A stretch of 64,000 bases of DNA from Macrostomum hystrix (lineage: Eukaryota; Animalia; Platyhelminthes): contig CATNEN010000025.1 of the NCBI GenBank assembly GCA_950097015.1, positions 8,804,001-8,868,000 of the forward strand, given 5' to 3'. Every line of letters begins with the position of its first letter. The stretch's first letter is position 1. Made by a program: the position numbers and the translations under genes. The notes under the pieces were generated by a model that worked only from the letters and a program-made list of their open reading frames with translations, had not been told where the DNA came from and did not search any database. Positions 35,621 to 50,290 of the stretch are shown here, one piece after another.

Positions 35621-38600
35621 AGCAGGCCCAGTCAAATAGGGAATTCGTTTTAACAACAAACCTATACCCTTACCTAAACCATAATTAACACTAAACCGAA
35701 ACCGAAACCGAAACCTAACCCTAATGTTGTGACTGATTGTGTGAGTACACTTGCCCTGCGAGCAAACCTAGCGTGAGTGACCTTATACACAAAAATCGGG
35801 ACTTCTAAAGCGATAGAAACGCTGTGGCTAAGAGTGTCGGCTTGACTGTGGACAATGTCGAAGGCACTTTCTGAAGTCTGTTTGGTGGGCGCTTTTACTC
35901 ATAATTTTTTATTGGCTAACAATTAATTAACAATTAATTAACAATTAATTAACAATTAATAAATTAAGCGTTGCTTAATTTAGTTTTGCTTATAAAAACA
36001 AAAATGTTTTTACGATCGCTTATTGCCGGTTTGCGAAGGAAGGAAAACCGAAATTGTCATTTTTTCGTTTTTAGTTGAAATCTAAAATAATCGGTAATAC
36101 ATGCTGAAGAAGCAGAAGTGCCCCATTGTCAGTCGACCTTTCGAACCCCCGCGCGTGCGCGTATCTAGCTTGTAATTGCGATCCCCGCGAGCCAGTTCCT
36201 GTATTCCCATGTTTTACTTCTCTGTTTAGTAGTAATTGGTGATGGAGCTAATGATATATTGATAAAGGTTCCCCAATTAAGTTCATCACTTAAAAGACAG
36301 TCTACGTCTACGCTCAACGACTCAAATCCAGCGTCAGCTACTGGCTCCTCGGTCACGGCGTGTGCCACTCGAGATGAATGGAAAGTGTCCGATTCATCGA
36401 CGAGCTTGTCCCACAGCTTTACAGCGACAATGTTTGTTAGTAGTAACCCATCTGTTGCCCTTCCTGTCGCCAAGGCTATTTCGCTCAGTACTGACGGTCA
36501 ACGAGAACTTCTAGTCCGCGTCTTGTTGGACACGGCTAGCAATAGGTCATACATCAGGAAGGATGTGTGTGAACTCTGAAACATCGAGTCCGCCACAACT
36601 GAATCATTGACGGTGTCGACCTTTACAGGTATCAATACCACAATTGCATCAGGTAGCGTCTCAGTCTCAATTCGAAAAATCGATTCACACTAAGTTCTGA
36701 AATTGCGTGCTAATTTTGTCAAAGAGATCTGCGAGCCTCAGCGCTCAGTCTTAGTGAACGAATTCCCTCACCTGAACGGCTTGGACTTAGCGGATCCGTA
36801 CGACCCTCGTGATGCAAGCACCGATCTCAATCCTAATTGGCGCTGATCACTACTACGATATTGTCGGTGGTAATGTCGTTCGTGGGTGTGAGGGACCGGC
36901 GGCTGCGTCGTCCAATCTGGGATTCGTTCTCTGTGGACCAGTGAAACTTAAAGAGAAAATGTCTAGTCGCTCTAGTAGATTAAAAATTCATTCGCTTATC
37001 CACTCTCTTATCCGAGTTCAACTGGTATTCGTATTAATTCATTTCGCCTTTGGTGTTGGTATATTTTTCACATAATCTCCATTATCTCACATTAATCTCT
37101 GCATTAATATCTGCATTAATTGCATTCTCTGCATTAATTGCATTCTTTGCATTAATCTCTGCATTAATTGCATTCTCTGCATTAATCTCTGCATTAATCT
37201 CTGCATTAATCTCTGCATTAATCTCTGCATTAATTGCATTCTTTGCATTAATCTCTGCATTAATTGCATTCTCTGCATTAATCTCTGCATTAATCTCTGC
37301 ATTAATCTCTGCATTAATCTCTGCATTAATATCTGCATTAATTGCATCCTTTGCATTAATCTCTGCATTAATCTCTGCATTAATTGCATTCTCTGCATTA
37401 ATATCTGCATTAATCTCTGCATTAATCTCTGCATTAATTGCATTCTCTGCATTAATCTCTGCATTAATCTCTGCATTAATTGCATTCTCTGCATTAATCT
37501 CTGCATTAATCTCTGCATTAATTGCATTCTCTGCATTAATCTCTGCATTAATCTCTGCATTAATCTCTGCATTAATCTCTGCATTAATTGCATTCTCTGC
37601 ATTAATATCTGCATTAATTGCATTCTCTGCATTAATATCTGCATTAATTGCATTCTCTGCATTAATCTCTGCATTAATCTCTGCATTAATCTCTGCATTA
37701 ATCTCTGCATTAATCTCTGCATTAATCTCTGCATTAATTGCATTCTCTGCATTAATCTCTGCATTAATTGCATTCTCTGCATTAATCTCTGCATTAATTG
37801 CATTCTCTGCATTAATCTCTGCATTAATTGCACTCTTTGCAAAAAATAAAAATAAAAACTACAATTAATATCTTCAAACTGTCATCCATGTTTTTGAGCT
37901 ACATCTCTTTTTTATAAATGCTTCTGAAGTTAAATTGCATTTAGCGACTCGTAATTATCCCAATTAACTTTCCCAACCCCTGTCATGCCTTCTAAATGAT
38001 TTCATAAAAAATGGCTTCGATTTTTGGGGGAGTGTCGTGAAATCACGAGTTATTATTAACCAATCCTGTTCACTGTACACCCTTGTGGTAATCTCCTTTT
38101 CTAACCCCGGTTATTTGCCAGCTCAGCTCCACTCTTTGATCTCTATTATTGATTTTCCCCCGTGTCCCTTTACACTCTGACCCCTCCAGTCTAGCGTCTG
38201 CACCCATCATGTCTCTCCCTCTGCGCTCGTTATCGTGTGTACACCCTAGGGTTTTCATACCCTCATTTGTCTCTCCTCGCTGTAGACCCCATCTGTCGCT
38301 TGTCCTTAAATTAAATCGGTCACGGAACTCAGATCCAAGATTTATTGTGGAAACGTTAAACGTTCTTCACTGGAATTCTTCTTCAGGAATTCTTCGCTGG
38401 AAGAGTCCGTGGTAGTTAAAAGCGGAAATTTTTTTCCTAATGTAGTGTCAGCTTGTTTGCCCTTCTATCTCCCCGTGTTATTATTCAGTACTTATTTTTA
38501 GACACGTGTTTTTTGCTAAAAGTCACCCACGCCAAGCCGGGCGGACCAGCCGGGGGAACGGACGCCCACCACCCCGCGAGCGCTACCCCTGGGCTACAGT

Positions 38601-41592
38601 CCCGGCCAATCAGCGAGCGACCCGGCCTCACTACCTGTCTACCCTCGGCAAGAAGCTACCCCGGGGCTCAGAACGGCGGTTGCAAGTCTACTGTGATTTG
38701 TCGCCTTGGCTACAGCCAGGCATCCACCTCGCCGATCGACCTAATTTGGGGTTAAAATGACTCTATAAAAGGAAGCGTGTTTTTGCAGTGACTTTTATCG
38801 TTCTCCGCAATTCGCCTCACACTGTGAGAAGCACGTGCAAACCAGTCCACTTTGTTTTGTCTCTCCCCGCCCGACCACGCTCCGCTTGTTCAGTTAGGTA
38901 GCTTTCGGCGCTACGCGTCTTGAGAGTGCGCCGCTGACAAGGGTGGTCTAGATAGGCGCTTGTTGTCGAAGTCAGTACGTGCTCTCTTCGGAGACTCCGC
39001 CGTCACACAGAAGGAGTGCCAACCGATAGGATCTGTCGGGGCAGCGCTGAAAGCAGAGACAACCGGAGCCTCTCGGGAAGAGTAGGGCGCTGATTAGGCC
39101 AGTTTAAGTAAAATTGTTATATCCAAATTGTTAGACTAAACTTGCTTTTCACTGTGAGCGCGCTATAATTTATTTCCGTGTGAACATCCTTATTCTGTCA
39201 ATGGAACTTTTAAATCAAGTAAACGAGATTAAAATCAATTCCTGCTCTTATCTGGAATCTTAGCGAGTCACAACAGATTAAATCACTCACAATCAATTTA
39301 TTCGAGTCTTCGCGTTCATACTGTGTTATTCTTTTTCATTGGGAGTTTCGCCGGGCCGGAGGAACACGCGGGTCCCATCGCTTATCTATTCCGCTTCGCT
39401 CGCTACCGCAGTCTCTATAAACGCTATATAATTCCAGATTCCCTGCTGCTATTGAAACCATTGGTAGGACACCGACCCCGGTGAATAGTCGCTAGCTTTA
39501 AATTCCTCACGCTCCAGCTAGGACATTCATTTTATTACACTAACGAATTTTAAATGAATAGAGATGATAAACTTAGGGATTTGACTAAATCAATGAAGTA
39601 TGTAACAAGAAGAAAAATCTAAAGCCTGCGGACTGGTCGCTGACTAGCTATTGTAATTTGTAACAGAGTATGATGAGCTGACATTAATAATTGTATTCAG
39701 AAATGGACTACAAGTCAAAAAACTAAAAAAATACCCAGCGGGAAAGCCTACCTCGAATCTAGCTGAATGTAACTCTAGTTTTTAGGATAGGTTTGAATTT
39801 TCTTTTTAGTGCACCAAAGATGCTTTTTGCATCAAAATCATGCACCAAAAAAATCGTCCAGTTTCAGAAAAATCGGCCAAACAAAAGTTTAACTTAAAAT
39901 AGCAAGAATAAGTCTAGTTATATATTCTAGCTATATAGTGTCTGTCGTTTTTCGAGAAAAAAAAATTTTGTTTTAAAATATTTTCATAGCACAGAATAAC
40001 AAAACTTTACAATTATATATTTGTTCTTACGCGAAACAAAGTCTGGGTTGTAAAATAGCAATCTCTTAATTAAGTATGATAATAAAAAAGAAAAAAGTGA
40101 AACGTCTTACCATTGGTACAGTTCATTTTTTAACTTTTCTTGTGTTCTCGCGCGCCGACTAACTAGCAAGCCTACATTTTATACTATAGATTTGACTGGT
40201 TCCTACGTCTCGCTTTTTTTGGTGGAAATTACCAAGGTACGGAAATGTTAAAACCTCTATCAGAACGTTTACAACTCTTATGTGTTTCTTTCTCATTTTG
40301 AACTTTTTATTATTACTTATTTCGATACAGCAATTATGTACAATATAATGTTGTAGGTATTGCTAATGTAGCTATTTAGCTGGTCAATCAAAGCACTTTG
40401 CTGAGTTTTTTTAATCAAAATATACATTTCAACTTGCTAAGGTTTGCTAAGGTAATAGACAAATCAACGAAAATATACAAATCAGTTCCTTTAAAAGTAT
40501 TTCGAGTTAGTGGCGTGACATTTTTTTAAAGAAATGTTTATTTAAATTGAACTATTTTAAGAAAATATATTATAAATTGTATTAGGAATTTAAGGGATAC
40601 GTTGCTGTCTTAAAAAACTATCCTAATTGCATGCAATGCAGAAGATGTTGAACTATTTAGATCCCCATTTTACCTTACAATATGTGATTGTTGTTTTTTA
40701 CATCTTGTGATATGATTTTGTTAGTATGCTAAAAAGTTTTTTTTAACTCTTTTTAGTTTTCTACTTGGCAATTTTAAACAGCCCGTGCTGTTTTACACCT
40801 TCTTGTAAAATCTTGATATCTTATGAAACTTTGCTGAAATTCAAAAGCTGAAGGAGCAAGCTATTGAAAATGTAATTCTTATCTATCATTGTTTTTTATT
40901 CACCGACTGGAATTACCTGGGTGGGACATCGGTTTTGGACCATATTAGAAGTGGAGGTGTCTATTTTATGCACCTGTTGTTTCTGCGGTTGAGTCTTATG
41001 AAAGGCAATATTTACTCGATTCTTAAATACCTTGTATGATTGTGGCTGTTTTAGTCTTTTGCAGCTGCTTTAAGAATACTTTATTATTGCTTTTGTATGA
41101 CAGTTCTTCGTGAGTCACGTTAATCATCTATCTATTTTTCTAACATAGGTATTGTACTTGATTTTTTATTAACCTCATTTAACCTCATGGCGTCTTGTAT
41201 CCAGCTATGTGCAATTTTCTAAGTAATTTTTGTGTATTCTAGTCATATTTATCTAAGTCACTTTGATAAATGTGGGACTGTTTTATGTGGGACTTCATTT
41301 TATCTATTCAAAAAACATCTGAAAAATGTCCTTTTGCACAAACATCTTTGCAATCATTTGTATTGATGTTCATTTTTATCTGCTTATTTGTGAAAGTATA
41401 GTATATAAAGTATAGTTAATATGAGTACCAATACTGTTGCGTTTTATTGAGTGGATTTGCTTGTTGTTATTAAAAAAATCGAAGTAGGCTTACTAGGAGC
41501 AATACAAGATGTACTTTTATGAGGCACAAACTTTTGCATCCTAACATCATAAATCTAATTCTTTAACTCTGTTTCAGAACTGAAAGCTTAAC

Positions 41593-44143
41593 ATGACTAC
41601 AAAACTGAGCTCATTAATCGTTATTTCTCTGCTGCTGATCGGTAAGTTAAGTGGCTTGTTCGTTGAGGTTACATAATGATATTGATTATTAATTATATTC
41701 GCTGATTACACTTGCCCGTTGGGGCTACATGTGCAACACAGCACAGCCGTAGCTATTGCGCGGCTCATCTGAAGGCAGCATGCAGCTGTTCAGTCCATGG
41801 ACCGGGGGCCACACCTACCCTCAATTACCAGCTAGTACCCGTTTTACAGCTGGGTGAACTGAAGCAATGCTGAGTGAGTTGTCCTGCTAGTGGACACGAA
41901 TTGTGCCAGCGAAGGCCGAATCGAACCCCCGACCGTCAAGTCGATTAGTTTGAGAAAACCACTAGACTACAAACCTGATTTCATATAATTTTATTAAAAA
42001 TCTGTACTATTAATTATTTATTAAACATTGTCAGATACTGCCAGGTCTGCGGTTTGGCACTGCATACACAACGTACGCCACGAAGACTTCGTCAAAATCG
42101 GAGACATCAACGCGATTAGGGTGAGTAGTATGTTGCAAACGGCCTTTATCGACCAGAAGATAAGAAATCCTTAGATTAAAGGATACTTATGTACTGAGTA
42201 CGTAAGCGATGCCTTAAGAATAGCCAAGTAGGCGAGTTTTATAAGCACCCAGTTGTGTCAGATTTGCAGCCAATAACAATAGACTGCGCTTCCAAAGGCT
42301 GTGTGCCTGTACGTGGACTGAGGAGGCCGCGACTCCCCACAAAAGTTTTTATCCGAGCTAATGCTGGCACTAGTTATATAGATGGCTGAATGTGAAGAAA
42401 ATGCTATTTAAACGACTTGCTCAACCCCCAAGACACATTTAGCTTCTATTCGTGCGGTTCTATCCAGTCAGCTGCAAGGAGCCAGGATAAAATAAAGCTG
42501 CGTCTGCTGTTTCAGGTGATAACGTATGTCCGAGGCGATCCGGGCTATAGGAAGAACCTGGAGTGCAGGTATCTTCTGAGAGTGATCAACTATGACCAGC
42601 CCAGACAGATGTACATTGACGTGCCCGTGGTGGACTTTGACAACAATACTGACCCGTTTTGCAACAAAACCGACGTGTTCAGCTTCTGGCATAAGTACAA
42701 CGAGAGTGAGTGGCTTGGCTTAAGACAAAAGTTTCCTCTAAGTTTCCTCTCAACCCTCGACAATTCAACACTCCTATCAAGGAGAAATCGTTTATAGTAA
42801 TTCAACTAAAACTCCGAGTCACAGTAATTTCGTCGGCTTTCGATGCAAATTAAAACTCTAACGTGGAAGTACAAGCAGGCAATGTGTGACTTTTTATTAA
42901 GGAAAATGTGGTGCTTTCGTTTTGGCTTTACGAGTGTAATTTTATTACTCTATAAATATTGCGAACATCTCTGTTTAATTTTTATTGAGTATTCACAACA
43001 GCTGCTATCAGCCGACTGCACACATTTCAGCTGCTTGGCGGCGGGAGTCCTGGTGCAGTGAATCGTCCGTGTCACGCAGTTTCCAATTCTTGCCGTTTAG
43101 ACGGCAAATAATCAACTTGTGGGACTCGTGAGTAGCACTGCAGCTTCTTACTGAGCTCTCTTATGAGAATGCGAGTTGAGACCCTGCTGCTTCACTACCC
43201 ACTTCACTCTGCAGGTCGTACTACCTGACTGCGGAATTCCAGTCTGACAATGAGCAAGTCCGCTCCGATGCCAAGGGATTGCAGATGAATGTGCAGGTGC
43301 TGGGCAGAAATTGCCACAGGAACATGCTGTATCTCGATAACTACTGCTACCTGGTCACTCCTGAGAATGTGTCGCCAGCTCAATCCAATCAGGTTGGAAA
43401 ACTCTTACTCGGCAACTTTTTCACTGTCCGAAACGCCTCTTCTGGCCGGGATATCTTAGACTTTCTGCGCAGATTCTCTGAGAGAAGTACGCATTTCTTT
43501 TTCGAATTTCTGATGAGGATATTTTTGCTCAATTGTGCTCAATCTTGTCACCTCTTTGCGCTTCCCTCAGACAAAGCCAGGAAAGACGAGTATCCTTACG
43601 AGTCGCCACTGGCCCTGACTAATCTCAGACTGTGGACCGGCTACTTTGTGAACGAATACTCCTTCAGCGAGGAGGACCCGGTCATGTTTTACTCAGATCC
43701 GATAGACGACTGCATTGTCAAGCAAGTGAAAGTGTGAGTGCTGCTTCTCTATCCTGATTCTAGTCTAAAGGATATTGTAAATATCATATGGTTTAGAATG
43801 TCAATCATTCGATTTCAGGACTCGTGAGATTTTGACCGGCTGTAATAAAAACCCAGCGCCTGTAGCCCTTAATTGGCTTAGCAACGGCAGCGTGCATTTT
43901 TCCTGTGTGCCAGGCAACGATTCGATGCCAGCTCTGATCCAGTTCAGCCAGATTCCTAAAACCAAGGGCGACCTGCACCCGCAGCTGTTCCGCACCTGCG
44001 ACATCGCGCCGCCAACAACGACTACGACTCCGGAACCAACGACAACTACAGCGCCGCCACCAATCAGAGCAGTGCCGTCAGCGGCAATACTATCATTATT
44101 ATTGATTTTGTTGTTGCCCTTGTTATCATCGTGGCTATTGTGA
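41593..44143 (+). CDS. Putative GPI-anchored CUB + C-type-lectin-like surface protein, copy 2 (exons 41593-41641, 42035-42120, 42516-42705, 43031-43127, 43215-43486, 43571-43734, ~43820-44143)
   Basis: Phase-compatible GT/AG joins. Signal peptide MTTKLSSLIVISLLLI; CUB-like YRKNLECRYLL...VVDFD...FC...D and LTAEFQSD...GLQMNV; CTLD-like NCH...YCYLV...LWTGY; Thr/Pro stalk; hydrophobic C-terminus AAILSLLLILLLPLLSSWLL*. Splicing around 43390-43570 is uncertain. Confidence 0.72.
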
Positions 44144-47100
44144 TCGGTGTCGTTGTCTACTTTTGTCGTCAAAGAGGACAGCAGCCGCCATCAACTAATG
44201 GGGACTAGCCGCCACTGCAGGGTAATCAGAAGGTGAAAAAAGCCAGAAGCCGCTACTGGGGACGAACACTCGGGATTTCAAAAGCGATAGAAACGCTGTG
44301 GCTAAGAGTGTCGGCTTGACTGTGGACAATGTCGAAGGCACTTTCTGAAGTCTGTTTGGTGGGCGCTTTTACTCATAATTTTGCATTGGCTAACAGCGTT
44401 GCTTAATTTAATTTTGTTTTTAAAGACAGAAATGTTTTTACGATCGCTTATTCACGGTCTGCGAAGGAAGAAAAACCGGAATTGTCATTTTTCTGTTTTC
44501 ATTTGAAATCGAAAATAATCTGTAATGCATGCTGAAGAAGCAGAATTCATGCTCATCACCGAATCACTTTTTTAATTTTTCCTAGAAAGAAGCTGCATTC
44601 ATGCACTTTTGTGTGGTCGCATGTGAAGCCTTGTATAAACACAAGTAAACTTGATGTGCCGCACCACATTGCTATTTGATTTAGCTGGCTACCTGCCTCC
44701 CTACCTGCCCCATTGTCAGTCGACCTTTCGAACCCCCGCGCGTGCGCGTTTCTCAGTCCCCAAACGAGGCCTGAGAATTAGTTCTCAGTCCTGCTTAATT
44801 TTTATTTTACAAATTCGAATTAACACAACGTACTCAACAGAAAGTTCAAATAGCAGCGCCTATAGCGTCAACTTATATAGTGGTCGTAAATCACTCAAAT
44901 ATATGATTTCAACGGCGTTGGTGTTACCATTTATCTTGAGCTTAATTTTCTTGGCCAGATTAGCATCTCTTTGCATTGGGGAGGGGTTAACACAGCTGGG
45001 ATAGGAGGAGAGGCCGGCCTATCTCTGTGCATTGGGGAGGGGTTAACACAGCTGGGATAGGAGGAGAGGCCGGCCTATCTCTGTGCATTGGGGAGGGGTT
45101 AACACAGCTGGGATAGGAGGAGAGGCCGGCCTATCTCTTTGCATTGGGGAGGGGTTAACACAGCTGGGATAGGAGGAGAGGCCGGCCTATCTCTTTGCAT
45201 TGGGGAGGGGTTAACACAGCTGGGATAGGAGGAGAGGCCGGCCTATCTCTTTGCATTGGGGAGGGGTTAACACAGCTGGGATAGGAGGAGAGGCCGGCCT
45301 ATCTCTTTGCATTGGGGAGGGGTTAACACAGCTGGGATAGGAGGAGAGGCCGGCCTATCTCTTTACATTGGGGAGGGGTTAACACAGCTGGGATAGGAGG
45401 AGAGGCCGGCCTATCTCTTTGCATTGGGGAGGGGTTAACACAGCTGGGATAGGAGGAGAGGCCGGCCTATCTCTTTGCATTGGGGAGGGGTTAACGCAGC
45501 TGGGATAGGAGGAGAGGCCGGCCTATCTCTTTGCATTGGGGAGGGGTTAACACAGCTGGGATAGGAGAGGCCGGCCTATCTCTTTACATTGGGGAGGGGT
45601 TAACACAGCTGGGATAGGAGGAGAGGCCGGCCTATCTCTTTGCACTGGGTACAGCTAGAGGAGGAAGAAGATAGGAGGAGAGGCTGGCCAATGTCTTTGT
45701 CCACTTGAGAGCACCCCACTCCGCGTCGAGTTCGCCGCACAGCTACTGAAAAGGACGTTATCTATAAAAACAAGATAGCTAATAAAATCTGTAGATAGCA
45801 ACTAAAATATTGTAAAAAACCTTTTAAAATAAGCGCATTAAAGTGAAATGAAAAAAGTTGTTTATAAACACAGCTCAAGTAACTTTATGCTTATGCTGGA
45901 GCGGCGGATGAGCTTTGATCTATGGCTTGTTTTGGAAACTAACGGGCCAGTTGGGTGCAAGGTTTACTTGTTTACAACCATCGGCATGATACTTTTTTAT
46001 CTATTATGGTGTTGCGGGATGGAGAAAACAAAATATGGTAATAAACGATATATTATATTACAACCACTGAAAATATGGGTATGTAAAGCGGGACGGAAAA
46101 TCGAGGTCGGTGATTGTTCGACTTTCGTGCTCACACGGTCACCTCACTTATAATCTGAGCAATCGTCTCTCAACGATTTGATACAAGACATTATTATATA
46201 GTCAACATGAAGCCTGCGACAAGACATGCTTCATTTGAAGTCTGCACCAGCTGCAACAAGTGCGTTCTTGGTGAACTAAAGGCAAAGCAGCACGCAAACT
46301 GTTCAACGACTAATTGGTTGGCATGCTGGCAATGCGGCATCGTGCAGCAACTGGTTGGCAGAGGGACAGCAAACCAATTTTTGAAGACTAATGCCAGCCA
46401 TGCAATGCTAGCAAGCGGCGATGCGGGCAGGAAGGACTGCCGGCGAATGATCATGCACGAGGCGCGAAAGCTGAGACAGAGGCATTCGGCAGCCAGTGGA
46501 GCTCTTAGCCAAGTCATCCGGGACGTCAATACAGGGGCGAGATTGAAGCTCTTGCCAAGCAGAAGCTTACTGCAGCTCATAATATCATCCTGCGTGCGCA
46601 GCTGCGCCTCGACATTCACATGAGACGAGTCCGTGCTGGACAGCTGCTGGCTGAGGAAGACAAGTGTATCAGCAGCAGCCTCGAAGAGCTTAGTATCGAC
46701 AACTTTTCAGACTGGTGGGACGATCAGTTATCGGCGTTATCGTCCGACACTTAGATTACCTGTCTGCAACCCGTGTCATAGATTCCCGACTACACTGAAA
46801 TAATTAGTCTTTCAACAAGACACTTAATTAACTCTGCATTGCTTCAGCTCACCCAGGGGTAATCAGAAGGAGAAAAAGGCCAGAAGCCGCTACTGGGGAC
46901 GAACACTCGGGATTTCAAAAGCGATAGAAACGCTGTGGCTAAGAGTGTCAGCTTGACTGTGGACAATGTCGAAGGCACTTTCTGAAGTCTGTTTGGTGGG
47001 CCTTTTACTCATAATTTTGCATTGGCTAACAGCGTTGCTTAATTTAGTTTTGTTTATAAAGACAGAAATGTTTTTACGATCGCTTATTTCCGGTCTGCGA

Positions 47101-47757
47101 AGGAAGGAAAACCGAAATTGTCATTTTTCTGTTTTCATTTGAAATCTAAAATAATCGGTAATGCATGCTGAAGAAGCAGAAGTGCCCCATTGTCAGTCGA
47201 CCTTTCGAACCCCCGCGCGTGCGCGTATCTAGCTTGTAATTGCGATCCCCGCGACCCAGTTCCTGTATTCCCATGTTTTACTTCTCTGTTTAGTAGTAAT
47301 TGGTGATGGAGCTAATGATATATTGATAAGGTTCCGCAATTAAATTTATATTTCCCGAACATAGAATCCTTTTCCCCGGATTCCTATGATTCGAAATCCC
47401 CCATCCCCGGATCATTAATTGGTTAACTTGACTTGCTACATATCGAATTAAAGTAAGGATGCGAGAGGAAGCAGTCTATCTATTTGTGTGGTTATTATTA
47501 TCATTAGTTAGAGGTTAGGATATAATTCTCCATCCTCAATACCGTTTTCTGATTGTTAGTTGTTAGATTGTTTCGTAATTGATTGTAGTAATTTGTCTGC
47601 AGCAATATATTTGAAGCAATACCTGTCTTTAATTTCACTATTCTAATTATACGTTCCTTAAATATTTGGGCTTAAGTTATTATTGCAGTGTCTGTTATTA
47701 ATGCTTCAGATGACAGCTATTGTATCTTAAATAACTGACGCAACGGAGATTCAGATT

Positions 47758-48040
47758 TGTTAGACTTAGAGTAATAAGGAAAACACGCCGATAGGCGGCA
47801 CTCGACAGGCAGACGAATAGGAGTGTGTATTTGATATATTATAGCAATAGCCGTACGATATACGCATGAGTGCAGAGGTCGGGGCTTTTATTTATAGTCC
47901 CAAAGGCGTGTGGAGAGAGCATTCTAGAAAGTTACTAAAAATAGACTACACGGGAAAGTTCTGGAACCAGTGATGGACTTAACGCCTTACGACAAAGAAT
48001 AGAAATTTCTGGAAAGTTCCCGGGAATTACAGCAACGACA
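47758..48040 (-). promoter_or_regulatory. LTR-like segment with TATA box and three clustered heat-shock elements
   Basis: Minus-strand TATAAA at 47896-47891; nGAAn arrays at 47922-47934, 47954-47966 and 48002-48019; TG..CA termini possible, no TSD found. Confidence 0.5.
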
Positions 48041-48439
48041 GTCTCAACAGCAGCAGCGACCCTTTTGACCCTTTCGGCCAATCGGCAATTTATTGGCCGA
48101 TTTATAATATTTGTGAAGTTAAAATAGGAGGCCGCATCAAGAAAAAGATGTAGCTAGTTTAACCTGTCCTCAGGTGACGGCAATTCTTTCGGACTGTTCT
48201 AGACCTAGTGCCACAGCCATAGTATTCGCTATACCATTATCTTAGTTCCTTTCGGCTTAGGCTCTATAGGTTCTTTAGGTTCTCAGTGCAGCTTTTTCGA
48301 AACAATTGCAACTAGTTAGCTGATTTAAAAGTAATTAAGCTAGTCATTTTGATCAAATCAAAATGGCAAAAGTACTGAGAACACGTCTAGTCCTTTATAA
48401 AGCTGAGCTGCGGAGCATGCTCCATTTTATCTAAGATTG

Positions 48440-48750
48440 CAATCTCTGCTTGAACAAACACATGGGCAACGTTGCGAACACGTTGTCGGGCCATTGTCAT
48501 GTTCCTGTGCCGCATCGCCAAGATCACCAAACTGAGCAGCGTCACTCTCAGGATGCTGTACAGGGCCTACGGTGAGAGTGCTCTCACCTACGGCGCCCCA
48601 ATCTTGACTCTGATCTGCGTCACCAACCAGATCAAGCTGCAAAAGATCTAAACCCTTGCTCTGCGCATCTGCTATGGTGTGCCTTCTTACCTGAGCACCG
48701 AATACCTTCACAAACTGGCCGACATGCCAATGCTCTCAGCCAGAGAAAGC
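48440..48750 (+). pseudogene. Degenerate LINE ORF2 fragment (post-RT region)
   Basis: LRMLYRAYGESALTYGAPIL...KLQKI*TLALRICYGVPSYLSTEYLHKLADMP matches the LY...IRP.L.YA..LQ..QN..LR..TGAP pattern. Confidence 0.65.
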
Positions 48751-49535
48751 AGCTCGGTGTGGCCTGCATGCATGCCTTTTTATTTCAATTTTTATTTCAA
48801 TATTTCAATTTTTATTAGATCCCTTCTTTGTGCTGGATTTCCCCTGTATATTTCTGCCTATTTTATCTCCCAATGCGTGCCTAAATATAGCCTTGCAAAT
48901 ATTGAATATTTTTTTGTTTCATTAAGGCTCAATATTCGCATAAAATAAGCCAAATCAAATCGAGTGTATATATATTATGAATTTCGATTAAATCCAATAA
49001 TAGTCTGCGGCAGAGTTTTTCGAAACTGATCAGCAGCCCCAGTCAAATAGGGAATTCGTTTTAACAACAACCTATTATACCCTTGCCTCAACCATAACCC
49101 TAAACCTAAACCTAACCCTAAACCAAACCGTAACCCTAAACCTAACCTTAATGTTGTGACTGATTGTGTGAGTACACTTGCCCTGTGAGTAAACCTAGCG
49201 TGAGTCACTTTATACACAAAATACAAGATACTAAATTGTGTATTTAGTATCTCCGTAATTAACCCGTCCAGTTTAACTAATCTTTAGCGGTATTCTTTAA
49301 TTATTTGCGCGAATTCACTGAACAAGTTTCCAAGAAATTCGACTACTGCTTAATTCGACTTCTTTTTCTATTCCGGTATCACGCCGTATGCTACTATGGA
49401 CTATGCTACTGTAAATATTTACTGCTTTGCCTTTATCACTTATTAGACATGATGTAATATTTTATTCCTATGTTACAGTTCTTTTCATTATGACGTATTT
49501 AAATGATGTGCTCTGTGGCTGCTATCTGCAATTAA

Positions 49536-49844
49536 TAATTAATAATTGATTACACCTGCCCCAATTGGGTCAGATGTGCAGCCGACAGCACAGCCGCAGC
49601 TAATGCGCGGCGCATCTGAAGGCTGCGTACAGCTGTTCAGTCCATGGACTGGGGGGACGCCACACCCACCTTCAATTATCCCAGCTGATGCTGGTACCCA
49701 TTTAACAGCTGGGTGAACTGAAGCAATGCAGAGTTAAGTGTCTTGCTAAAGGACACAAATTGTTTCAGGGGAGTCGGGAATCGAACCCCCGACCTTCAAG
49801 TCGTGAGTCCGACGCCCTAACCACTAGGCTACAACCTCTGTTCA
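49536..49844 (-). mobile_element. Full-length tRNA-derived CORE-like SINE with 12-bp TSD
   Basis: TSD atctgcaattaa at 49524-49535 and 49845-49856; A/B boxes; CORE-like tgtgtcctttagcaagacacttaactctgcattgcttcagttcacccagctg; AT-rich tail. Confidence 0.88.
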
Positions 49845-50290
49845 ATCTGCAATTAAAATAGGCCTACTTTGTCTATAGTCGGCTAGCTAGCTAACGATTA
49901 AATGCTGAACAGCGAATTATATAACTATTTGACAAGCTCCTATGATTTGGCATTGCAAGCATATATGGAGCTATGCAGTAAATAAAAAACAGGCTAGACC
50001 TATTTCAGTTCTTATTGATTGAACAAAACTTAAGAGTGATTTAGCAAGTTTAGCTTAATGATTGCATCTGAAATAAAAAGCAGTTAGCTAGGCCAATAAA
50101 CCATAATGCCGCAACCACAAGCATATTCACTGGCCACTATAGATGGTATTTTTGTGTCATTGGGCTCTTTCTATATTATTATGTCATACTCAGTTTTAAC
50201 TTCATAAATTAAATTAGGCTATCATATTTATTACTTTTGTCCACAGATTTAGTACTGCTTCATAGACTAGCTAGGCCTATATTAATTATT

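Larger units (their letters stand above)
24596..47168. repeat. Segmental duplication unit, copy 2
   Basis: Shared sequence with copy 3 begins at taggtattataattt (24596 vs 55704). The offset to copy 1 falls from 24744 to 23512 across the shorter 12/18-bp array. Confidence 0.97.
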
